From contig JAFWWU010000089.1 of the NCBI GenBank assembly GCA_017523285.1, positions 3,962 to 67,961 of the forward strand: a DNA stretch of 64,000 nt, in the 5' to 3' direction. Positions 1 to 9,723 of this stretch are shown here, one piece after another. Origin of the DNA: Ruminococcus sp. (GTDB lineage: Bacteria > Bacillota > Clostridia > Oscillospirales > Ruminococcaceae). The notes beneath the pieces are model-generated. The model was not told the origin of the DNA. It saw only the letters and a list, made by a program, of their open reading frames with translations, and did not search any database. The first letter of the stretch is position 1, and every line of letters starts with the position of its first letter. The translations under genes were made by a program, and so were the position numbers.

Positions 1-1
1 A

Positions 2-499
2 CGATACAGACGTACATTCAAGAATGAGGCTGATATTGCAAGAATGAAGAATCAGCGTAAATTTCTTGCAGCAGCTATGAAGAAAATGCTTAACATTGTT
101 GAAGATGAGGGCAAGACAAAATTCTATGGATATCTTAAAAAGATTTATGATAACAGATATATTCTTACAGATATGAGCCTTGAAGAAATCAGTATGCTTG
201 CTGATTTCGGTTCTACACTTGATCTTGAACAGGTTCAGGTACATCTTGTTCCGGGTGAGGGAGCATGGTATTATCCACCCGGACGTAAGAAACAGTCTAT
301 ATGGTCAATTCATAAGCAGGAAACACTTGATCTTATAAATGCATACTTCCGACCATATCAGATTGCTCTTACTCCCGAAAGAAGTGCGATAGTAGAGTTT
401 GTTACTGATCACCTTACGGATTTCAATGACAATTCATCCGATAATCTTGAAGATATAGATAACGGAAATACGAATACTCCGTCAATAGACAGCTATTAA
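2..499 (+). CDS. LCP (LytR-CpsA-Psr) family protein, C-terminal part; 5' end lies outside the window
   Basis: The frame stays open from the window edge (..RYRRTFKNEADIARMKNQRKFL..). The RxxxQxxFL segment and C-terminal region resemble LCP-family proteins. Family call is by eye only. Confidence 0.5.
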   Translation, partial: RYRRTFKNEADIARMKNQRKFLAAAMKKMLNIVEDEGKTKFYGYLKKIYDNRYILTDMSLEEISMLADFGSTLDLEQVQVHLVPGEGAWYYPPGRKKQSIWSIHKQETLDLINAYFRPYQIALTPERSAIVEFVTDHLTDFNDNSSDNLEDIDNGNTNTPSIDSY

Positions 500-516
500 C
501 AGAAAGGAAATACAAT

Positions 517-876
517 ATGACTCAGAAAGAAATGATTGAAAAGATTATAAAGACTCTTGACAGCAAGAGAGCAGAAGATATACAGGTAATCGGAATAAAG
601 GATTTAACAATACTTGCCGATTATTTTATCATAGCTAACGGTACAAGCAATACTCATACAAAAACTCTTGCAGAGGAAGTAGAATTCCAGCTTTCACAGG
701 CAGGTATTGAGCCGAGAAGACGTGAGGGAGATAACGGCAATACATGGATTATTCTTGATTATGCCGATATTATCGTTCATGTATTCTATAAGGAAACAAG
801 AAACTTCTATCAGCTTGAAAAATTATGGGCAGATGGCGAGCAGCTTGATATAAGTGAATATATTACAGAGGAGTAG
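517..876 (+). CDS. rsfS: ribosome silencing factor RsfS (iojap-like)
   Basis: 119 aa with typical RsfS segments (DYFIIANGTSNTHTKTLAEEV, WIILDYADIIVHVF, YQLEKLW). SD AAAGGAAA lies upstream. Ends in TAG. Confidence 0.85.
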   Translation: MTQKEMIEKIIKTLDSKRAEDIQVIGIKDLTILADYFIIANGTSNTHTKTLAEEVEFQLSQAGIEPRRREGDNGNTWIILDYADIIVHVFYKETRNFYQLEKLWADGEQLDISEYITEE

Positions 877-880
877 AATA

Positions 881-1837
881 ATGGAAAACAAGCAGGATAA
901 AATCTCTATTATTGTTCCTTGTCATAATGAACAAGAGGTGCTTCCGTTTTTTCTTGAAGAAGTTGAAAAAGTTTATGCACAGATGCATGAAAAATACAAC
1001 GTCGAATTTGAGTATATATTTATAGACGACGGCTCAAGAGATAAAACACTTGCACTTCTTAAGGAATATGCAGAGAAAAACTCACGAGTAAACTATATTT
1101 CATTTTCACGAAATTTTGGCAAGGAAGCGGGAATGTATGCAGGCTTACAGCATGCAACAGGAGATTATACAGTAATTATGGACGCTGACTTGCAGGATCC
1201 GCCTGAGCTTATGGATGAAATGTATAAGACTCTCATAGAAACAGATTACGACTGTGTAGCTTCATGTCGTGTAGACAGAAAGGGAGAATCAAAAATCCGT
1301 TCTGCATTTGCACATTCATTCTATAAAATTATCCGCAAAATATCAAAGGTTGATATTGTAGACGGTGCAAGAGATTTCAGAATGATGACACGTCAGATGG
1401 TTGATTCAATTGTTTCACTTGAAGAATACAACAGATTTTCAAAGGGTATTTTTGCATGGGTAGGCTTCAAGACAAAGTGGATTCCGTTTGAAAATATTAA
1501 CCGTAAGGCTGGAACTACAAAATGGTCGTTCTGGAGTCTGCTAATATATGCGATTGACGGAATACTTGCATTTTCAACCGCACCTCTTGCACTTTCAGCG
1601 ATACTCGGTATAGTGCTTTGTATGATTGCTATAATTATGATATTTGTAATCATAGGCAAAACGCTTATATTCGGTGATGATGTTGCAGGCTGGCCGTCAC
1701 TTGCTTGTATAATGTGCTTTACATCGGGAATGTCAATGTTCTGCAACGGAATTATCGGTCTTTATGTTTCAAAGACATATTCCGAGGTTAAAAAGCGTCC
1801 GCAGTATATTATAAAGACAAAACATATAAATGAATGA
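881..1837 (+). CDS. family 2 glycosyltransferase (polyprenyl-phosphate glycosyltransferase-like, two C-terminal TM helices)
   Basis: ISIIVPCHNE, IFIDDGSRD and MDADLQDPPE are GT2 signatures. Re-started at ATG 881, which has SD AGAGGAG 7 nt upstream; the track start at 854 is a GTG without SD. Confidence 0.8.
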   Translation: MENKQDKISIIVPCHNEQEVLPFFLEEVEKVYAQMHEKYNVEFEYIFIDDGSRDKTLALLKEYAEKNSRVNYISFSRNFGKEAGMYAGLQHATGDYTVIMDADLQDPPELMDEMYKTLIETDYDCVASCRVDRKGESKIRSAFAHSFYKIIRKISKVDIVDGARDFRMMTRQMVDSIVSLEEYNRFSKGIFAWVGFKTKWIPFENINRKAGTTKWSFWSLLIYAIDGILAFSTAPLALSAILGIVLCMIAIIMIFVIIGKTLIFGDDVAGWPSLACIMCFTSGMSMFCNGIIGLYVSKTYSEVKKRPQYIIKTKHINE

Positions 1838-1862
1838 TTATGAATTGGGGGATTAGAGCTGT

Positions 1863-2210
1863 ATGTTCGATACAAATAATGAACGCGGACGGGCTTATGC
1901 ACTTATAATCGGCATTTATTTTATACTTAAAACAATACTGAATATAATTCTCGGTGATAATTCGGGGAATATTATATATGCAACGCTTGAAACAGTCGTG
2001 CTGTTTGCGGGAATTCAATATGCAAATTATGTAATTGCAGGTATAACAGCTTTTGTTGTGATTTATTACCTTAAAGGTAATTTATCTGCACCACTGAATA
2101 ATATTCTGTATATTATTGAGGGTGTAATTGATATTTACTGCGCTTACATACTTATATTCAATGGAAATGTGAAAGAGCATTTTACAAATAAACTTACAAT
2201 AAAAAAATAA
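1863..2210 (+). CDS. hypothetical small membrane protein
   Basis: 115-aa hydrophobic ORF filling the gap between neighbouring co-directional genes. No recognisable family. Confidence 0.4.
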   Translation: MFDTNNERGRAYALIIGIYFILKTILNIILGDNSGNIIYATLETVVLFAGIQYANYVIAGITAFVVIYYLKGNLSAPLNNILYIIEGVIDIYCAYILIFNGNVKEHFTNKLTIKK

Positions 2211-2224
2211 AGGAATGATTACTG

Positions 2225-4630
2225 ATGAGTAGATATGATTTTACTGCCGTTGAAGCAAAATGGCAGAAATACTGGGATGAGAATAAAAGCTTTGAGGCTG
2301 TTGAGGATTATTCAAAGAAAAAGTTCTACGGACTTGTTGAATTCCCTTATCCGTCAGGAAGCGGTATGCATGTAGGACACATCAAGGCTTATTCAGGACT
2401 TGAAGTAATAAGCCGTAAAAGACGTATGGAGGGATATAATGTATTATTCCCGATTGGTTTTGACGCATACGGACTTCCAACAGAAAATACTGCTATCAAG
2501 ACAGGCGTACATCCAAGAAAGGTAACAGATAACAACATTGAAAAGTTCACAGGTCAGCTCAAAAAGGTAGGCTTCTCTTTTGACTGGTCAAGAGTTATCG
2601 ATACAACAGAGGAAAGCTACTATAAATGGACACAGTGGATTTTCCTTAAAATGTTCGAAAAGGGACTTGTTTTCAGAGATAAGACATCTGTAAACTATTG
2701 CCCGAGCTGTAAGGTTGTTCTCTCAAATGAGGACTCACAGGGCGGTAAATGCGATATCTGTCATACTGATATTGTTCAGAAAACAAAGGAAGTATGGTAC
2801 CTCAGAATTACAGAATATGCTGACAAGCTTCTTGAAGGACTTGAAGAGGTTGACTATCTTCCAAACGTAAAGTTACAGCAGCAGAACTGGATTGGCAAGT
2901 CAACAGGTGCATTTGTTGATTTCAAAATCAAGGAAAATGATGAAAAGCTTAAGATTTATACAACACGTCCAGATACTCTTTACGGTGTTACATTCATGGT
3001 AATTGCTCCTGAGCATCCTATCATTGAAAAGTACAGAGATAGTATCAGAAATATTGCAGACCTTGATGAATATAAGGCTGAAAGTGCAAAGAAGAGCGAA
3101 TTCGAAAGAACACAGCTTGTAAAGGATAAGACAGGTGTAAGAATTGATGGACTTACAGCAATCAATCCTATTACAGAAAAGGAAATCCCGATTTACATCT
3201 CAGACTATGTAATGATGGGTTACGGTACAGGTGCAATTATGGCTGTTCCTGCACACGATACAAGAGATTATGATTTTGCAAAGAAATTCGGAATTGACAT
3301 CATTGAAGTAATCAAGGGCGGAAATATTGCAGAAGAAGCATACACAGGCGACGGCGAAATGGTTAATTCAGGTGTTCTTAATGGTATTGACAACAAGAAG
3401 GACGCTATTGATAAGATGCTTGAAGTGCTTGCAGAAAAAGGCTGCGGTGAAAAGGGTGTTCAGTATAAGATGAAGGACTGGGCGTTCAACCGTCAGAGAT
3501 ACTGGGGCGAGCCTATTCCGATTGTACACTGCGATAAATGCGGTATGGTTGCTGTTCCTTATGAGGAGCTTCCATTAAGACTTCCTGCAGTTGAAAATTT
3601 TGAACCCGGTACAGATGGCGAAAGTCCACTTGCAAAGATTGACAGCTATGTAAACTGCAAGTGCCCTAAGTGCGGTTGTGACGCTAAGCGTGAAACTGAT
3701 ACAATGCCACAGTGGGCAGGTTCATCATGGTACTTCCTCCGTTACTGCGATCCTAACAATGCAAATGAATTTGCTTCACAGGAAGCTCTTAAATACTGGA
3801 TGCCTGTAGACTGGTACAATGGCGGTATGGAACACGTTACACGTCACATGATTTATTCACGTTTCTGGCATAAATTCCTTTATGACCTTGAACTTGTTCC
3901 GACAGCAGAGCCTTATGCCAAGAGAACAGCGCAGGGACTCATTTTAGGACCTGACGGTGAAAAAATGAGTAAGTCAAGAGGAAATGTAATTGACCCTAAT
4001 GACGTTGTAGAAGAATACGGTGCAGACGTATTAAGACTTTATGTCCTCTTTATGGGCGATTATGAAAAGGCTGCTCCATGGAGTCAGTCAAGCATCAAGG
4101 GCTGTAAGAGATTCCTTGAACGTGTATGGGGACTTCAGGATATTCTTGTTGATGGTGATGATTACAGCGAAGCTATGAAATCAAGCTTCCATAAGACAAT
4201 CAAGAAGGTTACAGAAGATATCGAAAATATGAAGTTCAATACAGCAATTGCTGCAATGATGGCTCTTATCAATGATATCTATGCCGCAGGCTCTGTAAAT
4301 AAGGCGGAATATGCCGCATTCTGTATGCTTCTCAATCCATTTGCTCCACACATCACAGAAGAAATGTATAACCTTGTATTCGGTAAGGTGTTAAGCGAGC
4401 AGAGCTGGATTCAGTATGACGAAGCTCTTTGCAAGGATGATATGATTGAAATTGTTGTTCAGATTAACGGCAAGCTCAAATCAAAGCTTATGATTCCTGC
4501 TGATGCAGATAAGGATGCAGTTCTTGCTATGGCTCTTGAAGATGAAAAGGTTAAGGAAGCTGTTGAAGGTAAAACAATTATCAAACAGATATATGTACCA
4601 AATAAACTTGTTAATTTTGTTGCAAAATAA
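2225..4630 (+). CDS. leuS: leucine--tRNA ligase
   Basis: 801 aa. HIGH region (PYPSGSGMHVGHIKAY), KMSKS (GEKMSKSRGNV), Zn-module cysteines and overall LeuS architecture. Confidence 0.95.
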   Translation: MSRYDFTAVEAKWQKYWDENKSFEAVEDYSKKKFYGLVEFPYPSGSGMHVGHIKAYSGLEVISRKRRMEGYNVLFPIGFDAYGLPTENTAIKTGVHPRKVTDNNIEKFTGQLKKVGFSFDWSRVIDTTEESYYKWTQWIFLKMFEKGLVFRDKTSVNYCPSCKVVLSNEDSQGGKCDICHTDIVQKTKEVWYLRITEYADKLLEGLEEVDYLPNVKLQQQNWIGKSTGAFVDFKIKENDEKLKIYTTRPDTLYGVTFMVIAPEHPIIEKYRDSIRNIADLDEYKAESAKKSEFERTQLVKDKTGVRIDGLTAINPITEKEIPIYISDYVMMGYGTGAIMAVPAHDTRDYDFAKKFGIDIIEVIKGGNIAEEAYTGDGEMVNSGVLNGIDNKKDAIDKMLEVLAEKGCGEKGVQYKMKDWAFNRQRYWGEPIPIVHCDKCGMVAVPYEELPLRLPAVENFEPGTDGESPLAKIDSYVNCKCPKCGCDAKRETDTMPQWAGSSWYFLRYCDPNNANEFASQEALKYWMPVDWYNGGMEHVTRHMIYSRFWHKFLYDLELVPTAEPYAKRTAQGLILGPDGEKMSKSRGNVIDPNDVVEEYGADVLRLYVLFMGDYEKAAPWSQSSIKGCKRFLERVWGLQDILVDGDDYSEAMKSSFHKTIKKVTEDIENMKFNTAIAAMMALINDIYAAGSVNKAEYAAFCMLLNPFAPHITEEMYNLVFGKVLSEQSWIQYDEALCKDDMIEIVVQINGKLKSKLMIPADADKDAVLAMALEDEKVKEAVEGKTIIKQIYVPNKLVNFVAK

Positions 4631-4658
4631 CAAATTTTCATTTGAGTAAAAAATACGC

Positions 4659-4687
4659 TTGACATTTTTAATTCAATATGTTAAAAT
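4659..4687 (+). promoter_or_regulatory. sigma-A type promoter for rpsU
   Basis: TTGACA (4659-4664), 17-nt spacer, extended -10 TGtTAAAAT (4679-4687). Confidence 0.55.
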
Positions 4688-4821
4688 TAATCTATGATTT
4701 AGTATCATTCTTAGTTGCAGAATGATAAGAGGTTTCAGATAACTAATATCCATAGGATATTTAGTATATATGCCTTGTCTTGTTGACAGGCTAACCTCTG
4801 AGTTAAGGGAGGGAATGACAA

Positions 4822-4995
4822 GTGGCAGAAGTTCGTGTTGGTAAAAACGAGTCTTTAGATACAGCTCTTAAGAGATTTAAGAGATCTTGTGCAAAGGATG
4901 GCGGTATTGCTGAGGTTCGTAAGAGAGAACATTACGAAAAGCCTTCAGTAAAGCGTAAGAAGAAGTCTGAGGCAGCTCGTAAGCGTAAGTATTAA
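4822..4995 (+). CDS. rpsU: 30S ribosomal protein S21 (missing from the ORF track; GTG start)
   Basis: GTG at 4822, 8 nt after SD GGGAGGG. Translates to [57 protein letters not shown], a classic bS21 sequence. Confidence 0.85.
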   Translation: MAEVRVGKNESLDTALKRFKRSCAKDGGIAEVRKREHYEKPSVKRKKKSEAARKRKY

Positions 4996-5038
4996 TCTTC
5001 GCCGAAACTCAATAGAGTGAATTTTTACAAGTAAGAAA

Positions 5039-5068
5039 AAGCGGGCATATTTTGCTCGCTTTTTTATT
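5039..5068 (+). terminator. intrinsic terminator after rpsU
   Basis: GCGGGCA / TGCTCGC stem (one G-U pair) followed by a T-run. Confidence 0.6.
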
Positions 5069-5131
5069 TTCAATATATCTTTTTCGACAATTTATGCGTC
5101 GGTTTTGTATTATAATTAATTGGAGGAGCTT

Positions 5132-5620
5132 ATGCTGCTTAGTTCAACACTTGCATTCAGAAAGGTAAGCGATATATCACCTGAAATTCTGAAAAAACTC
5201 GGTATCAAGGGGCTTATTCTTGATGTTGATAATACCCTTACAACTCATGATAATCCAAGACCAGCCGACGGAGTATTGGAATGGCTTGATTTAATGAGAA
5301 ATAACAATATAAAAATGATGATTGTTTCGAATAATCATCATCCGCGAGTAAAACCATTTGCGGATATGCTCGGACTTGATTTTATTCCCGAAGGAAAAAA
5401 ACCGCTTTCAAAAGGCTTCAAAGAGGCTGTTGCGAAAATGGGAATGAAGAAAAATGAAATTGCTGTTGTTGGCGACCAGATATACACAGATGTACTCGGA
5501 GCTAATCTTATGAATCTGAAAATGCTTTATGTAGTTCCGATTGAAAAAGAAAAAACAGCGTTTTTTAAATTCAAAAGAAAGATGGAAAAGCCATTTCTTC
5601 CTAAAAAATTTGTAAAGTAA
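5132..5620 (+). CDS. YqeG-family HAD-IIIA phosphatase
   Basis: LILDVDNTLT (HAD motif I), IVSNN, VGDQIYTDVLGAN (motif IV). Start moved to ATG 5132 after SD GGAGGA. Confidence 0.75.
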   Translation: MLLSSTLAFRKVSDISPEILKKLGIKGLILDVDNTLTTHDNPRPADGVLEWLDLMRNNNIKMMIVSNNHHPRVKPFADMLGLDFIPEGKKPLSKGFKEAVAKMGMKKNEIAVVGDQIYTDVLGANLMNLKMLYVVPIEKEKTAFFKFKRKMEKPFLPKKFVK

Positions 5621-5632
5621 GGAGTAATGAGA

Positions 5633-6064
5633 ATGATTAAAAAAATTCTTGTAATACACGGTCCTAATCTTAATCTGCTCGGCGAGCGTGAGCCTGGAAT
5701 TTATGGTTCAAGCGGAATTGATACTCTCAATAAGAATATAATTGAAAGAGCTAAGGAGCAGGGCTTGGAATGTGAAATTTTCCAGTCAAACCATGAGGGT
5801 GCTATCATAGATAAGCTTCATTCTGCAAGACAGAAATTTGATGGCGTTATAATCAATGCAGGTGCGTATACTCATTACAGCTATGCGATAAGGGACGCTA
5901 TTTCAGCAATAAAAATCCCATGCATAGAAGTTCATATAAGCAACGTTTATGCAAGAGATGAATTCCGTAAAACTTCTGTTATTGCCCCTGTCTGCAAAGG
6001 CTCAATATGCGGTTTCGGATTTATGAGTTATTATCTTGCTGTAATGGCACTTTCGGAGATGTGA
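5633..6064 (+). CDS. aroQ: type II 3-dehydroquinate dehydratase
   Basis: ILVIHGPNLNLLGEREPGIYG, SNHEGAIID, INAGAYTHYSYAIRDA, EVHISN. ATG 5633 sits 8 nt after SD AAGGAG. Confidence 0.9.
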   Translation: MIKKILVIHGPNLNLLGEREPGIYGSSGIDTLNKNIIERAKEQGLECEIFQSNHEGAIIDKLHSARQKFDGVIINAGAYTHYSYAIRDAISAIKIPCIEVHISNVYARDEFRKTSVIAPVCKGSICGFGFMSYYLAVMALSEM

Positions 6065-6067
6065 TTG

Positions 6068-7135
6068 ATGGACAGAATTGAAAAGCTTTTTTCTAAGCTT
6101 GATGATAAGACGGATTGTGCACTTATAACATCGGATATAAACAGAAGATATTTTACAGGTATGAAATCTTCAGCAGGCTGTCTTGTTGTATTCAGAGAAA
6201 AGGCATATCTGCTTATTGATTTCAGATACATTGAAAAAGCGAGAAATACCGTTAAGAATGCCGAAGTTATAGAGCAGACTGATTTTATTAATCAGCTTAA
6301 AGAACTTCTTGAAAAGCATAATGCCAAAAATATTGCCATTGAAGCGGAAACAATGACAGTAAAAGAGCTTTCTCTTTATAAATCAAAGTTGTCTGAATAT
6401 AGCTTTATAGAGGATAATAATTTAAGCTCGGCAATTAATCTTCTCAGATCTGTAAAAGATGAAAAAGAGATTGGATATATAAAAAAGGCACAGGAAATTG
6501 CTGAATATGCCTTCAATGAGATTCTTAAATTTATCAAAGTGGGCGTAACAGAGCGTGAAATTGCATTAAAGCTTGATTATCTGATGATTTCAAATGGTGC
6601 GGAGGCGATTTCATTTGACACTATTGCATTATCAGGAGCAAATACATCAATGCCTCATGGAGTTCCGTCGGATAAAAGAGTTGAAAACGGCGATTTTGTA
6701 CTTATGGATTTTGGTGCGGTATATAACGGATATCACAGCGATATGACAAGAACAGTCTGTGTAGGTGAGCCGACAGATGAAATGGTAAATGTATATAACA
6801 TAGTGCTTTCTGCTCAGAAAAAGGCTCTTTCATACGCTAAGGCAGGCATAACAGGTAGTGAGCTTGACAGTGTAGCAAGAAACATAATAATAGAAAGCGG
6901 TTTCGGAGCATGTTTCGGTCATTCACTTGGTCATGGAGTAGGAATGGAAATTCATGAAGCGCCGAATGCTTCCTCAAAAAGCAGATATGTTCTTCGTGAA
7001 AATGAGGTCATTACAATTGAGCCAGGAATATATATTCCTGGTAAATTCGGTGTAAGAATAGAAGATTTTGTTGTTTTAACTAAAGATTCTTGTGTTAACC
7101 TGACAAAATGTGAAAAAAATATACTATTCTTGTAA
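6068..7135 (+). CDS. M24-family Xaa-Pro aminopeptidase
   Basis: Creatinase-like N-domain plus the M24B metal-ligand pattern (DFGAVYNGYHSDMTRT, HSLGHGVGMEIHE, ITIEPGIY, RIED). Confidence 0.8.
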   Translation: MDRIEKLFSKLDDKTDCALITSDINRRYFTGMKSSAGCLVVFREKAYLLIDFRYIEKARNTVKNAEVIEQTDFINQLKELLEKHNAKNIAIEAETMTVKELSLYKSKLSEYSFIEDNNLSSAINLLRSVKDEKEIGYIKKAQEIAEYAFNEILKFIKVGVTEREIALKLDYLMISNGAEAISFDTIALSGANTSMPHGVPSDKRVENGDFVLMDFGAVYNGYHSDMTRTVCVGEPTDEMVNVYNIVLSAQKKALSYAKAGITGSELDSVARNIIIESGFGACFGHSLGHGVGMEIHEAPNASSKSRYVLRENEVITIEPGIYIPGKFGVRIEDFVVLTKDSCVNLTKCEKNILFL

Positions 7136-7224
7136 GAAATTTCTGTCAGGGTATTGCAAAAATTGTGGAAATGTGGTAAAATACAAATATATACTATTAT
7201 TGAATATACTTTGGAGGTAATTAT

Positions 7225-7782
7225 ATGATTTCAGCAGGTGATTTCAGAAACGGCGTTACATTTGAAATGGATGGTAACGTTGTTCAGGTAATCGAATTTC
7301 AGCACGTTAAGCCAGGTAAGGGTGCTGCTTTTGTAAGAACTAAGTTTAAGAATGTTATTACAGGTTCAGTTGTAGAGCGTTCATTCAACCCAACAGAAAA
7401 GTTCCCAACAGCTTTCGTTGAAAGAAGAGATATGCAGTACAGCTACAACGATGGTGACCTTTACTACTTCATGGATATGGAAACATACGAACAGGTTCCG
7501 ATCAACGCTTCAGTTCTCGGCGACAACTTCAAGTTCGTTAAGGAAGAAATGGAATGTAAAATTCTTTCATACAAGGGTAACGTATTCGGCGTAGAGCCAC
7601 CATTCTTCGTAGAACTCGAAGTAACTGAAACAGACCCAGGTTTCAAGGGTGATACAGCTACAAATGCTACAAAGCCAGCTACACTTGAAACAGGTGCAGA
7701 AGTTAAGGTTCCACTCTTTACTGAACAGGGCGATAAGATCAAGATCGATACAAGAACAGGCGAATACATGGAAAGAGCATAA
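7225..7782 (+). CDS. efp: elongation factor P
   Basis: 185 aa with [22 protein letters not shown] (conserved modified-Lys loop). SD GGAGGT. Confidence 0.95.
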   Translation: MISAGDFRNGVTFEMDGNVVQVIEFQHVKPGKGAAFVRTKFKNVITGSVVERSFNPTEKFPTAFVERRDMQYSYNDGDLYYFMDMETYEQVPINASVLGDNFKFVKEEMECKILSYKGNVFGVEPPFFVELEVTETDPGFKGDTATNATKPATLETGAEVKVPLFTEQGDKIKIDTRTGEYMERA

Positions 7783-7854
7783 GCTTTTTCTTGCATTGGA
7801 AGTGCTGAAAGGCACATAAATATAATTCATATTATCTGAAAGGGGGAGCTATTT

Positions 7855-8331
7855 ATGAAGCTTACCGAAAAAATGTCATATTTAAAGGGACTTATCGATG
7901 GTCTTGAAATCGATTCATCTACAAAGGAAGGTAAAATCCTTTTACAGATGTCAGAGGTTATGAATGAAATGGTTATCTACATTGATGATTTACAGTCACA
8001 GGTGGACGAGCTTACAGAGCTTTGCGAAATCCTCGATGAAGATCTCGGTATGGTTGAAGAAGATTTATATGACTGCGATTGCGATTGTGATTGTGATGAC
8101 GATTGCGACTGCGACTGTGATTGCTGCGATGATGACGATGACGATTATGAATTCGATGATGATGAAGAGCTTTATGAGGTAACTTGCCCTACTTGCGGTG
8201 ATACAATTTTACTTGATGAAAGTATTATTGAGGAAGGTTCAATGAACTGTCCTAACTGCAATGAGCTTCTTGAATTCGATGATGAAAATCTCACAATCGA
8301 AGATATCGAAGAAATGATATCAGAAGAATAA
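7855..8331 (+). CDS. acidic zinc-ribbon protein with an internal (Cys-Asp)n tract; conserved efp-downstream clostridial protein of unknown function
   Basis: SD GGGGGAG. Helical N-domain, a tract containing DCDCDCDCDDDCDCDCDCCDDDDDD, then a CPTCG..x16..CPNC zinc ribbon. Confidence 0.7.
   Translation: MKLTEKMSYLKGLIDGLEIDSSTKEGKILLQMSEVMNEMVIYIDDLQSQVDELTELCEILDEDLGMVEEDLYDCDCDCDCDDDCDCDCDCCDDDDDDYEFDDDEELYEVTCPTCGDTILLDESIIEEGSMNCPNCNELLEFDDENLTIEDIEEMISEE
8071..8145 (+). repeat. coding hexanucleotide (GAY-TGY)n repeat encoding the Cys-Asp tract
   Basis: gactgcgattgcgattgtgattgtgatgacgattgcgactgcgactgtgattgctgcgat... read directly from the sequence. Confidence 0.8.
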
Positions 8332-8343
8332 TTGGATATTCTT

Positions 8344-8380
8344 ATCCCGAAAGGTGTTATACCTTTCGGGATTTTTTTGT
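8344..8380 (+). terminator. intrinsic terminator
   Basis: Perfect 12-bp stem ATCCCGAAAGGT / ACCTTTCGGGAT followed by T7. Confidence 0.85.
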
Positions 8381-8396
8381 TTTTTTCAAAAAACTC

Positions 8397-8425
8397 TTGA
8401 CATATGTATATTAAGGTGTTATACT
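8397..8425 (+). promoter_or_regulatory. sigma-A promoter of the GntR-ABC operon
   Basis: TTGACA (8397-8402), 17 nt, extended -10 TGtTATACT. An ACTGTA..TACAGT inverted repeat lies just downstream and is a possible autoregulatory operator. Confidence 0.55.
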
Positions 8426-8483
8426 GTATATGTAAGTATAATTACAGTACATACAGAATAAACGATATAGACAGGAGGTTGCT

Positions 8484-8855
8484 ATGAAAATACTGCTGAA
8501 AAATAAATCAGATGTTCCTATTTACGAACAAATCAAGGAGCAGATAAAATCACAGGTTTTAGAAGGTAAAGTACAGGAAAATGAACAACTGCCTTCAATC
8601 CGTCAGCTTGCAAAAGAGCTTAAAATCAGTGTGATTACCACTACAAGAGCTTATAATGAACTTTCAGATGAGGGATTCATTATATCGGTAAGCGGAAAGG
8701 GATATTTCGTTGCACCTAAGAATAATGAGCTTCTTCGTGAAAGAATGATATTTGAAATGGAACAGGCTTTCGAAACAGCTGTTGAAAGCGGTAGAAATGC
8801 AGGCTTGAAAGATGAAGAAATTATCGAAGCATTAAAGGGAATAATGGAGGGATGA
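8484..8855 (+). CDS. GntR-family (YtrA-like) transcriptional regulator
   Basis: 123 aa with PIYEQIKEQIK...LPSIRQLAKELKISVITTTRAYNEL, a winged-HTH GntR signature. The short C-terminus is typical of the YtrA subfamily. Confidence 0.85.
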   Translation: MKILLKNKSDVPIYEQIKEQIKSQVLEGKVQENEQLPSIRQLAKELKISVITTTRAYNELSDEGFIISVSGKGYFVAPKNNELLRERMIFEMEQAFETAVESGRNAGLKDEEIIEALKGIMEG

Positions 8856-8859
8856 TGTA

Positions 8860-9723
8860 ATGGAATACATAATGAAAATTGATAATCTATGTAAAAGCTA
8901 TAAAGCGTTTTCGCTTAAAAATGTAAGCTTTTCGCTTCCTAAAGGCTATATAATGGGATTTGTCGGACAAAACGGCTCAGGCAAAACAACAACTATCCGT
9001 TCAATGTTAGGTATAGCAAATAAAGACAGCGGAAATATTGAATTGTTCGGACTTGATAACGTCAAGGATTATCGTGAAATCAAACAGCGTATTTCGGTTG
9101 TTTTTGATAGTCTTTGTTATCCTCCGCATCTGAAAATAAAGCACATTGAATCAATGCTTAAAAGCTTTTATGATAAATGGGATTCGGAGGAATTTCATCG
9201 TCTTATCAAGAAATTCAAGCTTCACGAAAATGTGAAAATCGGCAAATTTTCAAAGGGTATGAGAATGAAGCTTATGATTGCAGTTGCACTTTCTCACAAG
9301 GCAGAGCTTATTATTCTTGATGAACCTACAAGCGGTCTTGACCCTGTTGCAAGAGATGAACTTCTTGATATTCTTACCGAATATATTTCCGATGAAAACA
9401 ATAGTATTCTGTTTTCAACTCATATAACAGCTGACCTTGAGCGTATTGCCGATTATGTAACTGTTCTCAATGACGGGGAAGTATGGTATACAGGTACAAA
9501 GGATGAGATTATGGATAAATATGTCGTTATCAAGGGCGACGAAGCAGATTTACCTGATGAGATAATGAATAAGTCAATAGGATATCACAATTATCGTAAC
9601 GGCTTTGAGGCTATGCTTGAAAGAGAAATTGTAAGTGACCTTCCGGAAGAAATAGAATACGAAAAAGCAAATCTTGACGATATACTTATTTACATTGCAA
9701 AGGAGAGTGCTAAAAATGAGTGA
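8860..9723 (+). CDS. ABC transporter ATP-binding protein
   Basis: Walker A GQNGSGKTT, signature FSKGMRMKL, Walker B LIILDEPTSGLD. Confidence 0.9.
   Translation: MEYIMKIDNLCKSYKAFSLKNVSFSLPKGYIMGFVGQNGSGKTTTIRSMLGIANKDSGNIELFGLDNVKDYREIKQRISVVFDSLCYPPHLKIKHIESMLKSFYDKWDSEEFHRLIKKFKLHENVKIGKFSKGMRMKLMIAVALSHKAELIILDEPTSGLDPVARDELLDILTEYISDENNSILFSTHITADLERIADYVTVLNDGEVWYTGTKDEIMDKYVVIKGDEADLPDEIMNKSIGYHNYRNGFEAMLEREIVSDLPEEIEYEKANLDDILIYIAKESAKNE

Noticed and set aside
7964-8182. A 72-aa alternative-frame ORF across the Cys-Asp repeat.
   Set aside because: It is a frame artefact of the hexanucleotide repeat within the supported 7855-8331 gene.
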